Positions 53,716-64,000 of a stretch of DNA of 64,000 nt are shown here, in pieces (the first letter of the stretch is position 1; each line of letters starts with the position of its first letter). A model generated the notes under the pieces. That model was not told where the DNA came from. It saw nothing but the letters and a program-made list of their open reading frames with translations, and did not search any database. Origin of the DNA: Puccinia triticina (Eukaryota); NCBI GenBank assembly GCA_026914245.1, contig CP110439.1, forward strand, positions 124,001 to 188,000, in the 5' to 3' direction. The translations under genes and the position numbers were made by a program.

Positions 53716-54214
53716 TGGTGTGGCGAGTGCCGTGCACCAAGTGCAACGGTCGGCTCCCAGTATTTTTGTTGCAACATGCTCTCTGTTCGAGCTTATTCAG
53801 CCTCTCTGGAGGTGTTGCGGGGGCAACACTTGTTGTGACACTGCGGTACATCTCGACTGCGACACCTGTCACGGATACTTGTACATAGGATACTTAGTTT
53901 CTCTTCCCTCCTTTGTGCGTAATCTATCGATTCTCAAGCTCTCCATCCAACAGGTTATGAGCCTCTTGCCGGAGTAGCTTGGAAATTCTTCAAAAAAAAA
54001 AAAAAAAAAAAAAATCTCACCTATACACATCCGTAGCCGGCACCAGGATGAGTCTTCTTCCCGTAGTTCTCCTTGAGAACAAGTATCATAGTCATTCCAG
54101 ACGAGCAAAAGTAGTCCGCCGGCGAGTAACCGAATATCACCACTTTTTATCTATCTCAACAATCGATTTCCTTTTTCCTTTTCTCTTTATATCCCAATCT
54201 TAATCCACATCATA

Positions 54215-54251
<37 letters not shown>

Positions 54252-55824
54252 AATACAACAAAATAAAATAAATAACAAAAAAAAAAAAGAAAAAAAAATC
54301 CCTCAATCAATTATCTCCTCACTTTTTCTCTTCTATCTAACCGATTATCCGACCAAACTTGACCTCGGAAGTTTAGTCCTCTTGTAAATCCTACTCTTGT
54401 GTGGTAACGCTCGCGGGTTTATTCTTAGTTTGTTCTCTTTAAGCAAGCCCGTGGTGAATATCCTGCAGATATTTATGTTGGACTGATCACCCATAGCCAC
54501 GTTGCCGCTGAAGGAGCAGCATTCTGAGTTTAAACTTTGTGTGTAGCCCAGCAAGTCGGGTAGTGGTTCTACTCGACCTTGGAATGCCTACGCCGACCGT
54601 GGACAACTTCCCCTTTTTTTCTTTCTCTTCTTCACTTCTAAAACTCTCAATCTCGGGCTCTCAGGTTTGTTTTTCACCTCACAAACAATATGTCCGATAC
54701 CAAAATACCATTGGGACAACTATACACCAAACCCCGGCTAGGTGCAATCCCAGGACTACGGACTATCAAACGCCAGACGCCAAAAAATCCGACAATCAAA
54801 AGCGTCCTTGGTCCCCAGCTCTCGACAAATGATTTCTTCAAGCGCCGACTTGGTTGCATTCCTTCCTCCGACTCCCATGGCGAAGGCCCGTCTTTCCTCA
54901 AGACCAACAAGATGTCTGATCCCAACGAAAACCCCTTTTTGCTCCGGAACGCCAAGGGCAAAGGCTGCGATACATCAGAAGACGTGCCCGAGGAAACGAC
55001 CTTCCAGCCCCGCTTGACTGGTTGAGTTATAGGTTCTTCCTCCGCCAACTGGAGACAAACAGAACCGCCTCCCCATGTCAGTCCTGATCCACCCATCCTG
55101 CCACCCCGGGAAACCCAGCAAACCGGACAAGTAGACCTCAACAGCCTCATAGCCAAGATGCGCTTCCAACGCAAACTCAACCAGGCTAGACTGAATGAAG
55201 ACCAAGCACGACATGAGGAAGATCGAGCATGTTGTGAAGCTGAAGAAAACCGCAATCAGCGACGCCGTGAACTCGATGAGTCAGCCAAAATCGCCGCGAT
55301 CATCAACGCAGCGATCAACAAGTTGGATTCCTAAGACATCCTTAAACCAGACGGTTCAAACGTCAGACGCTGGGAGGACGCCCTTTGACTCACAGCCTTC
55401 GAACACTTCCACAACCAGCATTTCTTTACGCCGGATGAGGATACGCCGTTTGATCCCTATTATGAAGCAATCACACAAGGAATCATTCACTCATCTGTAC
55501 ACAGCGACCTATTGTACGATCTTGTTGATTTTGATAACTCGGCCGCTGTCTACGAGCACTTGGTTTTGAAATTCCGCATCATCAATTGCGCAAAGCAACT
55601 CCACACGTGGGAAGTGCTGAAGAAAATCTCCCTGCGTGATTTCAACAGCTCGGCGGAGGCGATTGCAGCGGTTGATCAGTGTGCCAGATCATTCCGGGAA
55701 CAAGGCGTTGAGCTTAGCTGGGACACCATTATCAGTTTCATTTTTCAGGGCAACCTCAACGACCACCTTGGACCGGTAGTTGATCAAAAAGTGGACCTTT
55801 TTATGGAGACCCACGACTTTGAGT

Positions 55825-57305
55825 CAGCGGTGGGCAGATACGTTACTTTACGTTACAGCAGTGAAATTGGATAACGTAACATCTTTTTAGTTATCCAAAT
55901 TGGCCATTTTGGTAACGTACAAAATTCTTGCAGTAAAGTATAGTAAATTAACTTTTTTTTCAACATGATTTTTTATGTTTTTGGTAACGTAACTTTTTTG
56001 ATATAGAGCTTTTTGTAAAGGGGGTTGAGATTATTGAAAAAAAGAGCAAGTTGGTATCACACTGCGGGCATCTCGCTGTCGCTGTGGGCCGCAGCGACAT
56101 CATGACGCTGCATATCAGAATGCAGCGTCAGCTGCAGCGACATCTAGCCGGCTGATCGATTTGCCTTTGGACAGCCGGCCACCAATACATAACAACCTCT
56201 CGATGACCGGTCCTTGTGCCGGCCATCAAGAGGATTATAACACACTCCTCTCACTCCTCTCGGTGACCAGCTCATGGACCGGTCATTGGGAGGAGTCCAC
56301 ACTCCTCTTGATGCCAGCACACACCGGCGTCAAGAGGAGTACAGACACCTCTCGATGGCCGGCACAACGACCGGTCACCAAGAGGAGTACGCACTCCTCT
56401 CAATGGCTGGCCCAAGGCCCGGTCATCGGGAGGAGTACATACACACTTCCCTTGATGAACGGCACAGACCGGGCATCGAGGTGCATTTACTCCTCTCAAC
56501 GCCGGCCTGTGTTGGCATTGAGAGGAGTATGGGTTCCTCCTCCCAATGACCGGTCCTTGTGCTGGTCATCGAGAGGAGTGTGGACTCCTCCTCCCAATGA
56601 CCAGTCGTTATGCTGGTCATTGAGAGGAGTGTGGACAACTCTCAATGGCCGGCACAAGGACTCCTCCTGATGGCCGGTCCTTGGGCCAGCCATCAAGAGG
56701 AGTGCATACTCCTCTCGGTGACCGGTCGTTGTGCCGGCCATCGAGAGGTGCGTTGTGTGTACATACCCCGGTGGCCGGCTGTCCATCAGACAGCCAAGTG
56801 TCGCTGCGTTACTTGTCGCGCGGGGTTCGAATCCCCACTGAATCGTCAGATGTCGCTGCGGTCCGCAGCGACATCGAGATGCCCGCAGTGTCATGTCTTT
56901 AGCTTATTGGTTAAGGCTTGCCTCTCTCAGGTTAGTGACATTTGAAGTTGTGGGTTCAACCCTCACTCTGAACAACTTTTGATGTGGCTTCCTGGCAGCA
57001 TACTGAGTTTATGTGGTTGTTTAGTGTCAACTTGAGCGAACATCTTGCTCATATTGATAAAAACAACCACAAATCAGGGCCTTTACCAGAAAGTTACACC
57101 AAAGTTACCCAAATCTGGGAAAAAATGTAACGTAACTGGTTTTGTTCAAAATAACCAGGGAACGTAACTAGATAAATTGGAGGCCATTTTCTGCAGGAGA
57201 TATCGTAACTCCAAATTAGATATCTGTAACTAGCAGATAACATAACTGTAAAGGTTACGTTACCGGCAGAGTTATCCATTTGGAGAACGTATCTGCCCAC
57301 CTCTG
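55825..57305. mobile_element. hAT-like non-autonomous element inserted in Copia gag
   Basis: TIR CAGCGGTGGGCAGATACGTT / AACGTATCTGCCCACCTCTG; subterminal (G)TAACG repeats; no TSD recovered. Confidence 0.75.
56060..56890. mobile_element. Non-autonomous CACTA element nested in the hAT element
   Basis: TIR CACTGCGGGCATCTCG.TGTCGCTG / CAGCGACATCGAGATGCCCGCAGTG; 3-bp TSD TCA; internal GACCGGTC/GAGGAGT repeats. Confidence 0.9.
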
Positions 57306-59069
57306 GCGACATTCTTCGGTTTTGGGAGGCCGCATGCACGGAACATCGTCTAGCCACCGAGTCAGGACGATCAGAATCTTCAGCCCTTGCTGTCAATCTA
57401 GCTAGCCGCAACAATACTAGCGTTTCAGGAACAAATCTAGCAACTGACAAAGAACATCAGGTCAATGCTCTGGCGCTGAACAAACCGCCTATTTGCTACA
57501 TATGCAAACAAACGGGACACTACGCTAACAGCTGTCTGACTAGCCGGAAAAATAACCCCCACCAACAACCGGCAAGTACCCGTCCCAACCCGACTTCACA
57601 ACCCCAATTCCCCCCATGCTCAGTCACCTACAACTTCGACCGTATCCCCTACATCAAACCGATCCAACCAGAACCTAAATCTTCTGGTCCTCCTCGCCTG
57701 TCCACATTCAACAACAACAAGCCCTCCGGATCCCCAGCCCCGACAAAAAAGGTAGAGGCTAGACAGATCAATCCGGACCTGTTCGCGGAAGAAGATGAGG
57801 ATGAGGCTGAGTATGTGTTTGAGACCAAAAATCTATCTGCGGAGCCGTCAGGACACCGGTTCAATCTCCGTGAACTAGTCGTCAAACGCAGAAGTCAAGA
57901 AGTGCTATGGGACTCCGGCGCCTCTGACAATGTAACCGGTGATAGGTATGCACTACACAACTTCACCACGCTCAGTCAGCCTATTGCAGTCAAAGTTGCC
58001 ACTGACTCAGCTTGTGACTACATCACAGGCATGGGTACCTTGTGATTTGTTGGGACAAACAAGGCAGTCATTGTAGTTAAGAATGTTTACTACTGTGAGT
58101 GCGCCCGGTCCACTTTAATGTCCATCGCAGCTTTCAAGAACGCCGGAGCTAACTTCAAAGTAAACGGCAATTTTGATTCAATTGATCTAGTCTCTGACAG
58201 CGGTCGGCTCCTCTTGCGTAGTGTTTTCGATCCTCATCACAACACGTGGCCTCTTCCCTGTCCTTTGCGCGCCTCCTACGCACAGGTTTCTACTACTCCC
58301 TCTCATGAAATTTGTAGTAATCTATGCACAGCAATTGAAACCAATTCCTTTTTCAAATCACCCAATCTAGTTGAGCACAGCCAATTCACGTGGAACCCTG
58401 AAGAATTTACTGCTGATGAGAAGACTCTCCTCTTCTGGCATCACCTTTTTGGCCACGCCAGTCTGAGAAAGATAAGACGACTGGTGAAATTGCAACTAGG
58501 ATATGGCCTGCCTGAAAAAATGCCTACTGGGTCCATTAAATGCCCAGTTTGTTCCATCTGCAAAGCGACCAGGACCTCGGCACTGGGACCCACAAAGAGG
58601 TGCATCGACAAACTATCAGTTGTATGTGTAGATCTCATGGGACCTTTTGACACCCCGACTCTGTCCGGTGGGAAGTATGCGCTCACAATTCGCGATGTCT
58701 TCACATCTTATAGCGAGGTCAAGATTCTCAAGGCAAAGAGCGAGGCGGCTGAACTTCTGATGTAAACCATCAATCAATGGGAAACTCAAGTTGGCACCAA
58801 AGTCAAGATACTGCGCTCTGACAATGGTGGCGAATTTGACTCCAAGGTTTTTGGTAAGTATCTACAGGAGAAAGGTATCATAGCGGAGCGCTCACTACCT
58901 TATCATCACTTCCAGAATGGGGCAACTGAGCGCTATAACAGAACGGTATCTGATATGGGACGCAGCATTCTTTACAACAGCAAGCTGGGAAAAGAATTCT
59001 GGGGCTACGCCTTCATGTGGGCGGCCTGGACACTCAATCACATCCCAAATCGAATAACGAAAGAGCGGA

Positions 59070-59986
59070 CACCAGGAAAAAAAAGTATTGAGTTGATGGC
59101 AAGTGACATGACACAGCTTTGCTCTCAGCTCCAACACTGCTCCAATGCTGCTCCTCTCTACCAGCACATCTAGGGCTCACATGACAGGTTTCAGGATCAA
59201 AGCACTCCATGTGACAAAACCAGATGATTCTCAGCTTTGGCCCTGGCCCAGTTGATGCTCAGCTTTTATGGTGGCTGAGCTTATGCTCAGCTTTTATGGT
59301 GGCTGAGCTGATGCTCAGCTTTTGCCCTGGCCCAGCTGATGCTCAGCTTTGGCACCAGCCACCTGACAATCATCTTTGGCCCTGGCACAGCTGATGCTCA
59401 GCCTTGGCCGTGGCTCAGCTGATGCTCAGCTTTGGCCCTAGCCTAGCTGATTTTCATATCTGGTCCTTTCCAAGCTGATGCCCATCTTTTTCCCAGGCCT
59501 GGCTCAGCTAATACTCAGCAAGCTGAGCATCAGCTGGCCAGCTGGCCCAGGACTGGGTCAAAGCTGAGCATAAGCTGGGCTAGGACTAGGAAAAGGCTGA
59601 GCAAGGACTGGTAAAAAGCTGAGCATCACAAAGCTGAGAATCAGCTGCATCAGGAATAGTACAAAGCTGAGCATCAGCTGGGCAATGACTGTTCAAAAGG
59701 TGTTATTCCAATGCTGAGAGTGAGCTGGGTGAAAAAGATGAGTATGAGCTGGGCAAAAAAGCTGAGTATAAGCTGAGTACCAAAGCTGAGCATCAGCTGG
59801 ACATAACTGAGGATCAGTTGAGCTAATCAAAAACTGAACAGGACCTCCTTGGTAGATTTGGGAAGTTGAGGAGATGGTTGGGAGATTGGTTTAGATAGTG
59901 GATAGATATTGGATAGATGGTGGGTAGCTGGCTGGAGCTGGTGTGATTTCACTTGTCATCAACTGACTATTTTTTTTTTCCTGGTG
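59070..59986. mobile_element. CACTA/EnSpm-like foldback element with CACCAGG ends, inserted in the Copia integrase
   Basis: CACCAGGAAAAAAAAG..AGTTGAT / ATCAACT..TTTTCCTGGTG; TSD GGA; removal restores K-E-R-T-P-Y-E. GCTGATGCTCAGC repeats flip orientation at ~59520. Confidence 0.92.
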
Positions 59987-62270
59987 GGACACCTTACGAA
60001 TTCTTCTTCGGTGACAAACCTCAACTCAATTGTACAAGAGTTTTTGGGTCTAGCGCGTACGTCCTGGTAGCTCCGGAAAAGTGCAAGAAGTTGGACAACC
60101 GCGCTATCCAAGGTCTAGTTGTTGGACATCTTCCCAAGTCAAAAGGCTGGATTTTTTGGATTCCTAAGTCAAAGAAACTTGTATCATCGGCCTGGGCTGA
60201 TTTCGGCAGGAACGCTCTACCGGACACCACTAAGAAAACAGATGTGACGCCCACACCTCCAGTTGATCCTCCGGAACCAGCACCCACCGCTGGAGCAAGC
60301 ATTAAACACCTTCAACTCAATGACTTTTCTCAAGAAAAGTCTATCCGTCGCTGCCAGACATAATTGGCCTATCTATAATTTCGATTTTGTGGCGGCATAC
60401 CTCAATGCCCCCATTGACAAAGAGGTTTGGGTACAGGCGCCTGAAGGTTTAGAGGTGGGCGGCGATGAAGCTTGTCTTCTGCAGCGGGCGCTTTATGGAA
60501 CAAAGCAAGCTGCACAATGCTGGTGGAAGCATCTCAGTAAGACACTAGCTGATCTTGGCTATGTATCTAGTTATTACGACTCGAGTGTCTATACGCTGAG
60601 TAACAAGGACAACAAATCGATTATCTGGGTCCATGTTGATGACGGAATTGTCACCGGTTCTTCTGATGCGGCCCTCAAACTACTTGAGTCTCAACTGAAA
60701 GGCAGCCTAGAGATCAAATGGAATGAAGGCCTCACGAGTATGGTTGGTGTCAAAATCTCTCGCACGGCGGAGGGTTTTGAACTAACACAACCGAACCTGA
60801 TCGTAAAAATCCTGAAAGAACGGTGGGACAGTGTTACTCGTCACTCATCACCGCTCCCTGAAGGCTACACTGCGAACACCGACCCCGATGAACAAGGTAT
60901 CAACAGCAGAGACTTCTTATTGACGATAGGAGGTCTGAGCTATGTTGCAGTCGGGACACGCCCAGACATAGCCTACAGCGTAAACTATCTAGCGCGGTTT
61001 TTGAGCAAGCCCTCAGCTCTCCATTGGAAGGGTCTCAAAAACCTTCTTGGATACCTAGCTGAGACCAAGAAAACCCCCCTTCAAATTCACCCCAACAAGT
61101 CGCAATGCACACCGGTGGAATGCTATGTTGATGCGAACTGGGGAGGCGCCAACTCTAGATCCACGTACGGCGTTCTTATTCGGCTTTACGGAGCGCCCAT
61201 AATGTGGGTATCACGGCGTCTAGTTACGGTTGCTAGCTCAACATGTCAAGCTGAGTACATGGCCCTAGGCCATGCGACAAGACACACCCTATGGATCAGG
61301 AACCTCCTGTTTGACATTATCGGTGTTCACTTCCCGGTAATATTATTCTGCGATAACCAATCGGCAGTTAAGATAGGATGCAAGGATGCGTCCAACAAAA
61401 GAACCCACCACATAGAACGGGAGTTCTATGTCACAAACCAGGCACTCTACGAGAATAAAACAACAATCAGATGGATTCCGGGATCTGAACAAATCGCCGA
61501 CGTCATCACCAAAGCGCTAAGCAAGTCTGCACATTCAAAATGTGGCGCCATCATCCAAGGTTTCTAGGGGCGAAGTTTCTTTATTCATTTCATTTTCTTT
61601 TATTTTCTTTATTTTCTTTTCCTATAATCTCTGCTACTACACAACGAATCTCTACATAGTTTGTTTTTTCTGTCTCTATCTCTTCTTTTCCATATATATG
61701 TAGGTTTCTTGTCAAGGGGGGGGATGTTGTGACACTGCGGTACATCTTGACTGCGACACCTGTCACGGATACTTGTACATAGGATACTTAGTTTCTCTTC
61801 CCTCCTTCGTGCGTAATCTATTGATTCTCAAGCTCTCCATCCAACAACACTCTCGTAGAGAGGCTTATGTGTAAACTCGGGTTGCGGGGCTGACAGGATT
61901 CGCCAATTACCCCAATTACCCCTTTAAAATAGACATAAAAATATTAACGCACCCAGTTTGCAATTCCAATAGATGGATTCCATCTTTGCGCTGATGCGCA
62001 TCTTGTGAGATATGTAGCTTTTCCAGAAGTTGTAAACTTGATTTTCTGGTGACAAAAGAAAACATCTATGATTTGCTCTTTATTTACAATGGAATGCCTG
62101 ATTGCACTTTGTGCCATTGGACTGTTGAGCCTATTAAACCAATAGCTCCTTTCACGTGAGGGCCAATGCGCCTCTGTAAGTCTTGAATGGCAGTTGGTAA
62201 GCTCCTTGGCGGAGTTTCTGATCACACTTGTTTAGTCGGAACTCTAATAAACAGACCGAAAAACGAGCCG

Positions 62271-64000
62271 ATGGAACAAGTTGAACGGACAGCCACAGAC
62301 ATGCCAAGAGTGCCATTCAAAGTGCCAACAAGGGCACCTTCGAGTTCTTCTTCGATTTCTCAATCAAAATCCTCTTCAAGATCTTCGAGTGCCACTCCAA
62401 TGTCTCCCAAAAGTCTAGCTAAGAAATTCTTCAAGAGTCAAGCCGTCCGAGACAGCAGGATCAAGTTAATACAAAAAATACTTGATATGGGTGAAGATTC
62501 TCTCCGGGACTACATTATCAAAGATTCCGAATCCTTTTTTGGTCAAACACCGACAGCTTTACAGGTTGACGCTGTTGTAAATCTTGTAAAAAAAGAAATA
62601 CATTTGTTTTATCGGGCACCGGTTCCGGGAAGACTCGGATCGCTGAAATGTATCACCACTTGTTTGCCCCCTCAACACGGAAGGCGACTATACTGGTGTT
62701 GAATCCGCTTGATTCCCTTGGAGAGAATCAAGTATGTGAATATTTTACTTCAAGTTATTAAATATATTTAATTATTTACATTTTTATAGATCTAGGTGGC
62801 GGAGAAAGAAAAGGATGGAATGACTGCAATCAGTCTGACAAAGATGACATTTACAAGGAAGGTGGCCGACAAGATAATCAAAGGGGATTACAGCTTTGTG
62901 TACTTGGTAAGCATTGCATTTCACAATTGACTGCATGAATATCACACCAAGTCCGACCATACCTGTTGTTTGTAGAGTCCTGTGCACACAACTCACATGC
63001 GCATCTACATTTCAAGACCCCCTCCGCCGAACATACTCTTTCGGTCTAAGTCAGAGATGCTCTGACTTCGCTACCGAATGATACTACGCTCTCTTGTATG
63101 TACCTGGACTTATGCACTATCCATCTTGCGTTCAGTCAGAAGCCCTTACCTTCTAATCTAATAATAATGACACAGGACGTAGTCTACAGTCAGACAGAAG
63201 CAATGGAGATATGTGACCTTTATCTTGCGCTATCCCCCTCGACAAGCTGTTCTAATGCTCTTATAGTACAAAGGGACGTAAGCCACTGGTTGGTGATCTC
63301 CGGCTACAAGGCACTAGGGTCTAAAAACAAAGTATACGGGCCCCAGTCACGATACTTGACCAACGAGCTGCTTTTGCACCTGAAGGACATAGAGGATACA
63401 ACCGGCTGTCTAGCTATATCGCACTCTGAGCCAGACAGCGAAGGAGTCAAGATACTAAACACCATGTCTGTATCTAGCTGGTCTGTAGGCAGCGATCCAT
63501 CTTTTTCCTCAATAATGGGCTATTCAACTATGTCTTCTACAAGAAGCAGTTTCAAGATTGGCTGGCGTTGGTTGTGGTAGATGAATCCCATATGATATAT
63601 CTCTGGGGCCTTGTTGCTAAGGGCAAGTCAAAAAGAAGCTCGTCCCACGCACAAACACAGGACCGTGGAATTTTCAGGCCGTTGTACGGAAATTTAGGAG
63701 CTTGACTAATGGCAACCTATGGAGTTCCGGTGCTCCTACAATCAGCTACATGCCGGCCAATTGCAATCAAAAGCATTATGAAGAGTTTGAAGATCACTAA
63801 CAACAATATTGACTTTGTCCGAGGAGAATTGACGCGCCCCAAAATTTGAATCATCTGAATGCCCATGAAGTCGTCTTTAAAATCAGCAAATGATCTGCTA
63901 AATGTTTTTGGAACAAAGGAAGAAGTCAGTGAGCAAAATATTCCACCTACTCTGATATACTCTGGCACCCGAAATGCAACCTTGAAGGTTATGAGGTGGT
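62271..64000 (+). pseudogene. RecQ-like superfamily-2 helicase, spliced and decayed (transposon-borne)
   Basis: QVDAVVNLV, Walker A FVLSGTGSGKT (after a frameshift in an A-run), VLNPLDSLGENQ, YSFVYLSP, VVVDESH, FRPLYGNLG, SATCRP, TLIYSGTR. TGA stops and a ~500-bp insertion at ~62981-63495. Confidence 0.85.

Larger units (their letters stand above)
54912..61567 (+). pseudogene. Copia gag-pol (gag, Zn knuckle, PR, IN, truncated RT, RNase H) with stops and insertions
   Basis: CYICKQTGHYANSC; WDSGAS; WHHLFGH..CPVC; VDLMGP, SDNGGEF, NGATERYNRT; ALYGTKQA, VHVDD; YVDANWG..FCDNQSA. Domain order PR-IN-RT-RH. Confidence 0.93.
53831..61846 (+). mobile_element. Ty1/Copia LTR retrotransposon with both LTRs (decayed)
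   Basis: 122-bp LTRs at 53831-53952 and 61725-61846 (TGTTG..CAACA, 3 mismatches); TSD ACACT; PBS-like GGTTATGAGCC; PPT AAGGGGGGGGA. Confidence 0.97.
53788..64000 (+). mobile_element. Helicase-encoding (AcademH-type) transposon, interrupted by Copia and running off the window
   Basis: Terminus CGAGCTTATTCAGCCTCTCT...; removing the Copia restores the hairpin ..GCAACACTCTCGTAGAGAGGCTTA, which resembles the ends at 15038 and 47430. A RecQ-like helicase begins about 430 bp after the Copia. Confidence 0.7.

Noticed and set aside
59220..59820. GCTGAG/CTCAGC repeat array as CRISPR or a coding repeat
   Set aside because: It lies inside an element bounded by TIRs and a 3-bp TSD.
62271..64000. Cellular SGS1/RecQ gene
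   Set aside because: Frameshift, stops and an insertion, plus its position inside a transposon-type terminus, favour a TE-borne helicase.

Overview
Eukaryotic, intron-rich and transposon-dense fungal DNA. Gene structure, TE families and TCG>TTG decay point to a rust fungus (Pucciniales, probably Puccinia); the taxon is an inference. Ten intact spliced protein genes were reconstructed by eye from GT-AG introns: a secreted protein (1748-3256), a TYW4/PPM2 LCMT-Kelch-JmjC fusion, PRMT1/HMT1, a P5B ATPase (YPK9/ATP13A2-like), a G-alpha subunit, a 4-TM membrane protein, an amidohydrolase-fold protein that appears to lack its catalytic residues, a Cys-rich secreted protein, a GH105/88-type hydrolase and a GCK-III STE20 kinase. 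There is also an intron-containing tRNA-Thr(AGT). Three TE islands (about 8-16 kb, 42-50 kb, 53.4-64 kb) hold many elements whose TIRs/LTRs and target-site duplications can be read exactly. The most notable are an AcademH-type system (two non-autonomous copies with 9-bp TSDs and a decayed RecQ-helicase-bearing copy) and a four-level nest (AcademH > Copia > hAT > CACTA). Two related CACTA elements both sit just upstream of tRNA or tRNA-like A-boxes. No database searches were run, so product names rest on recognised motifs.
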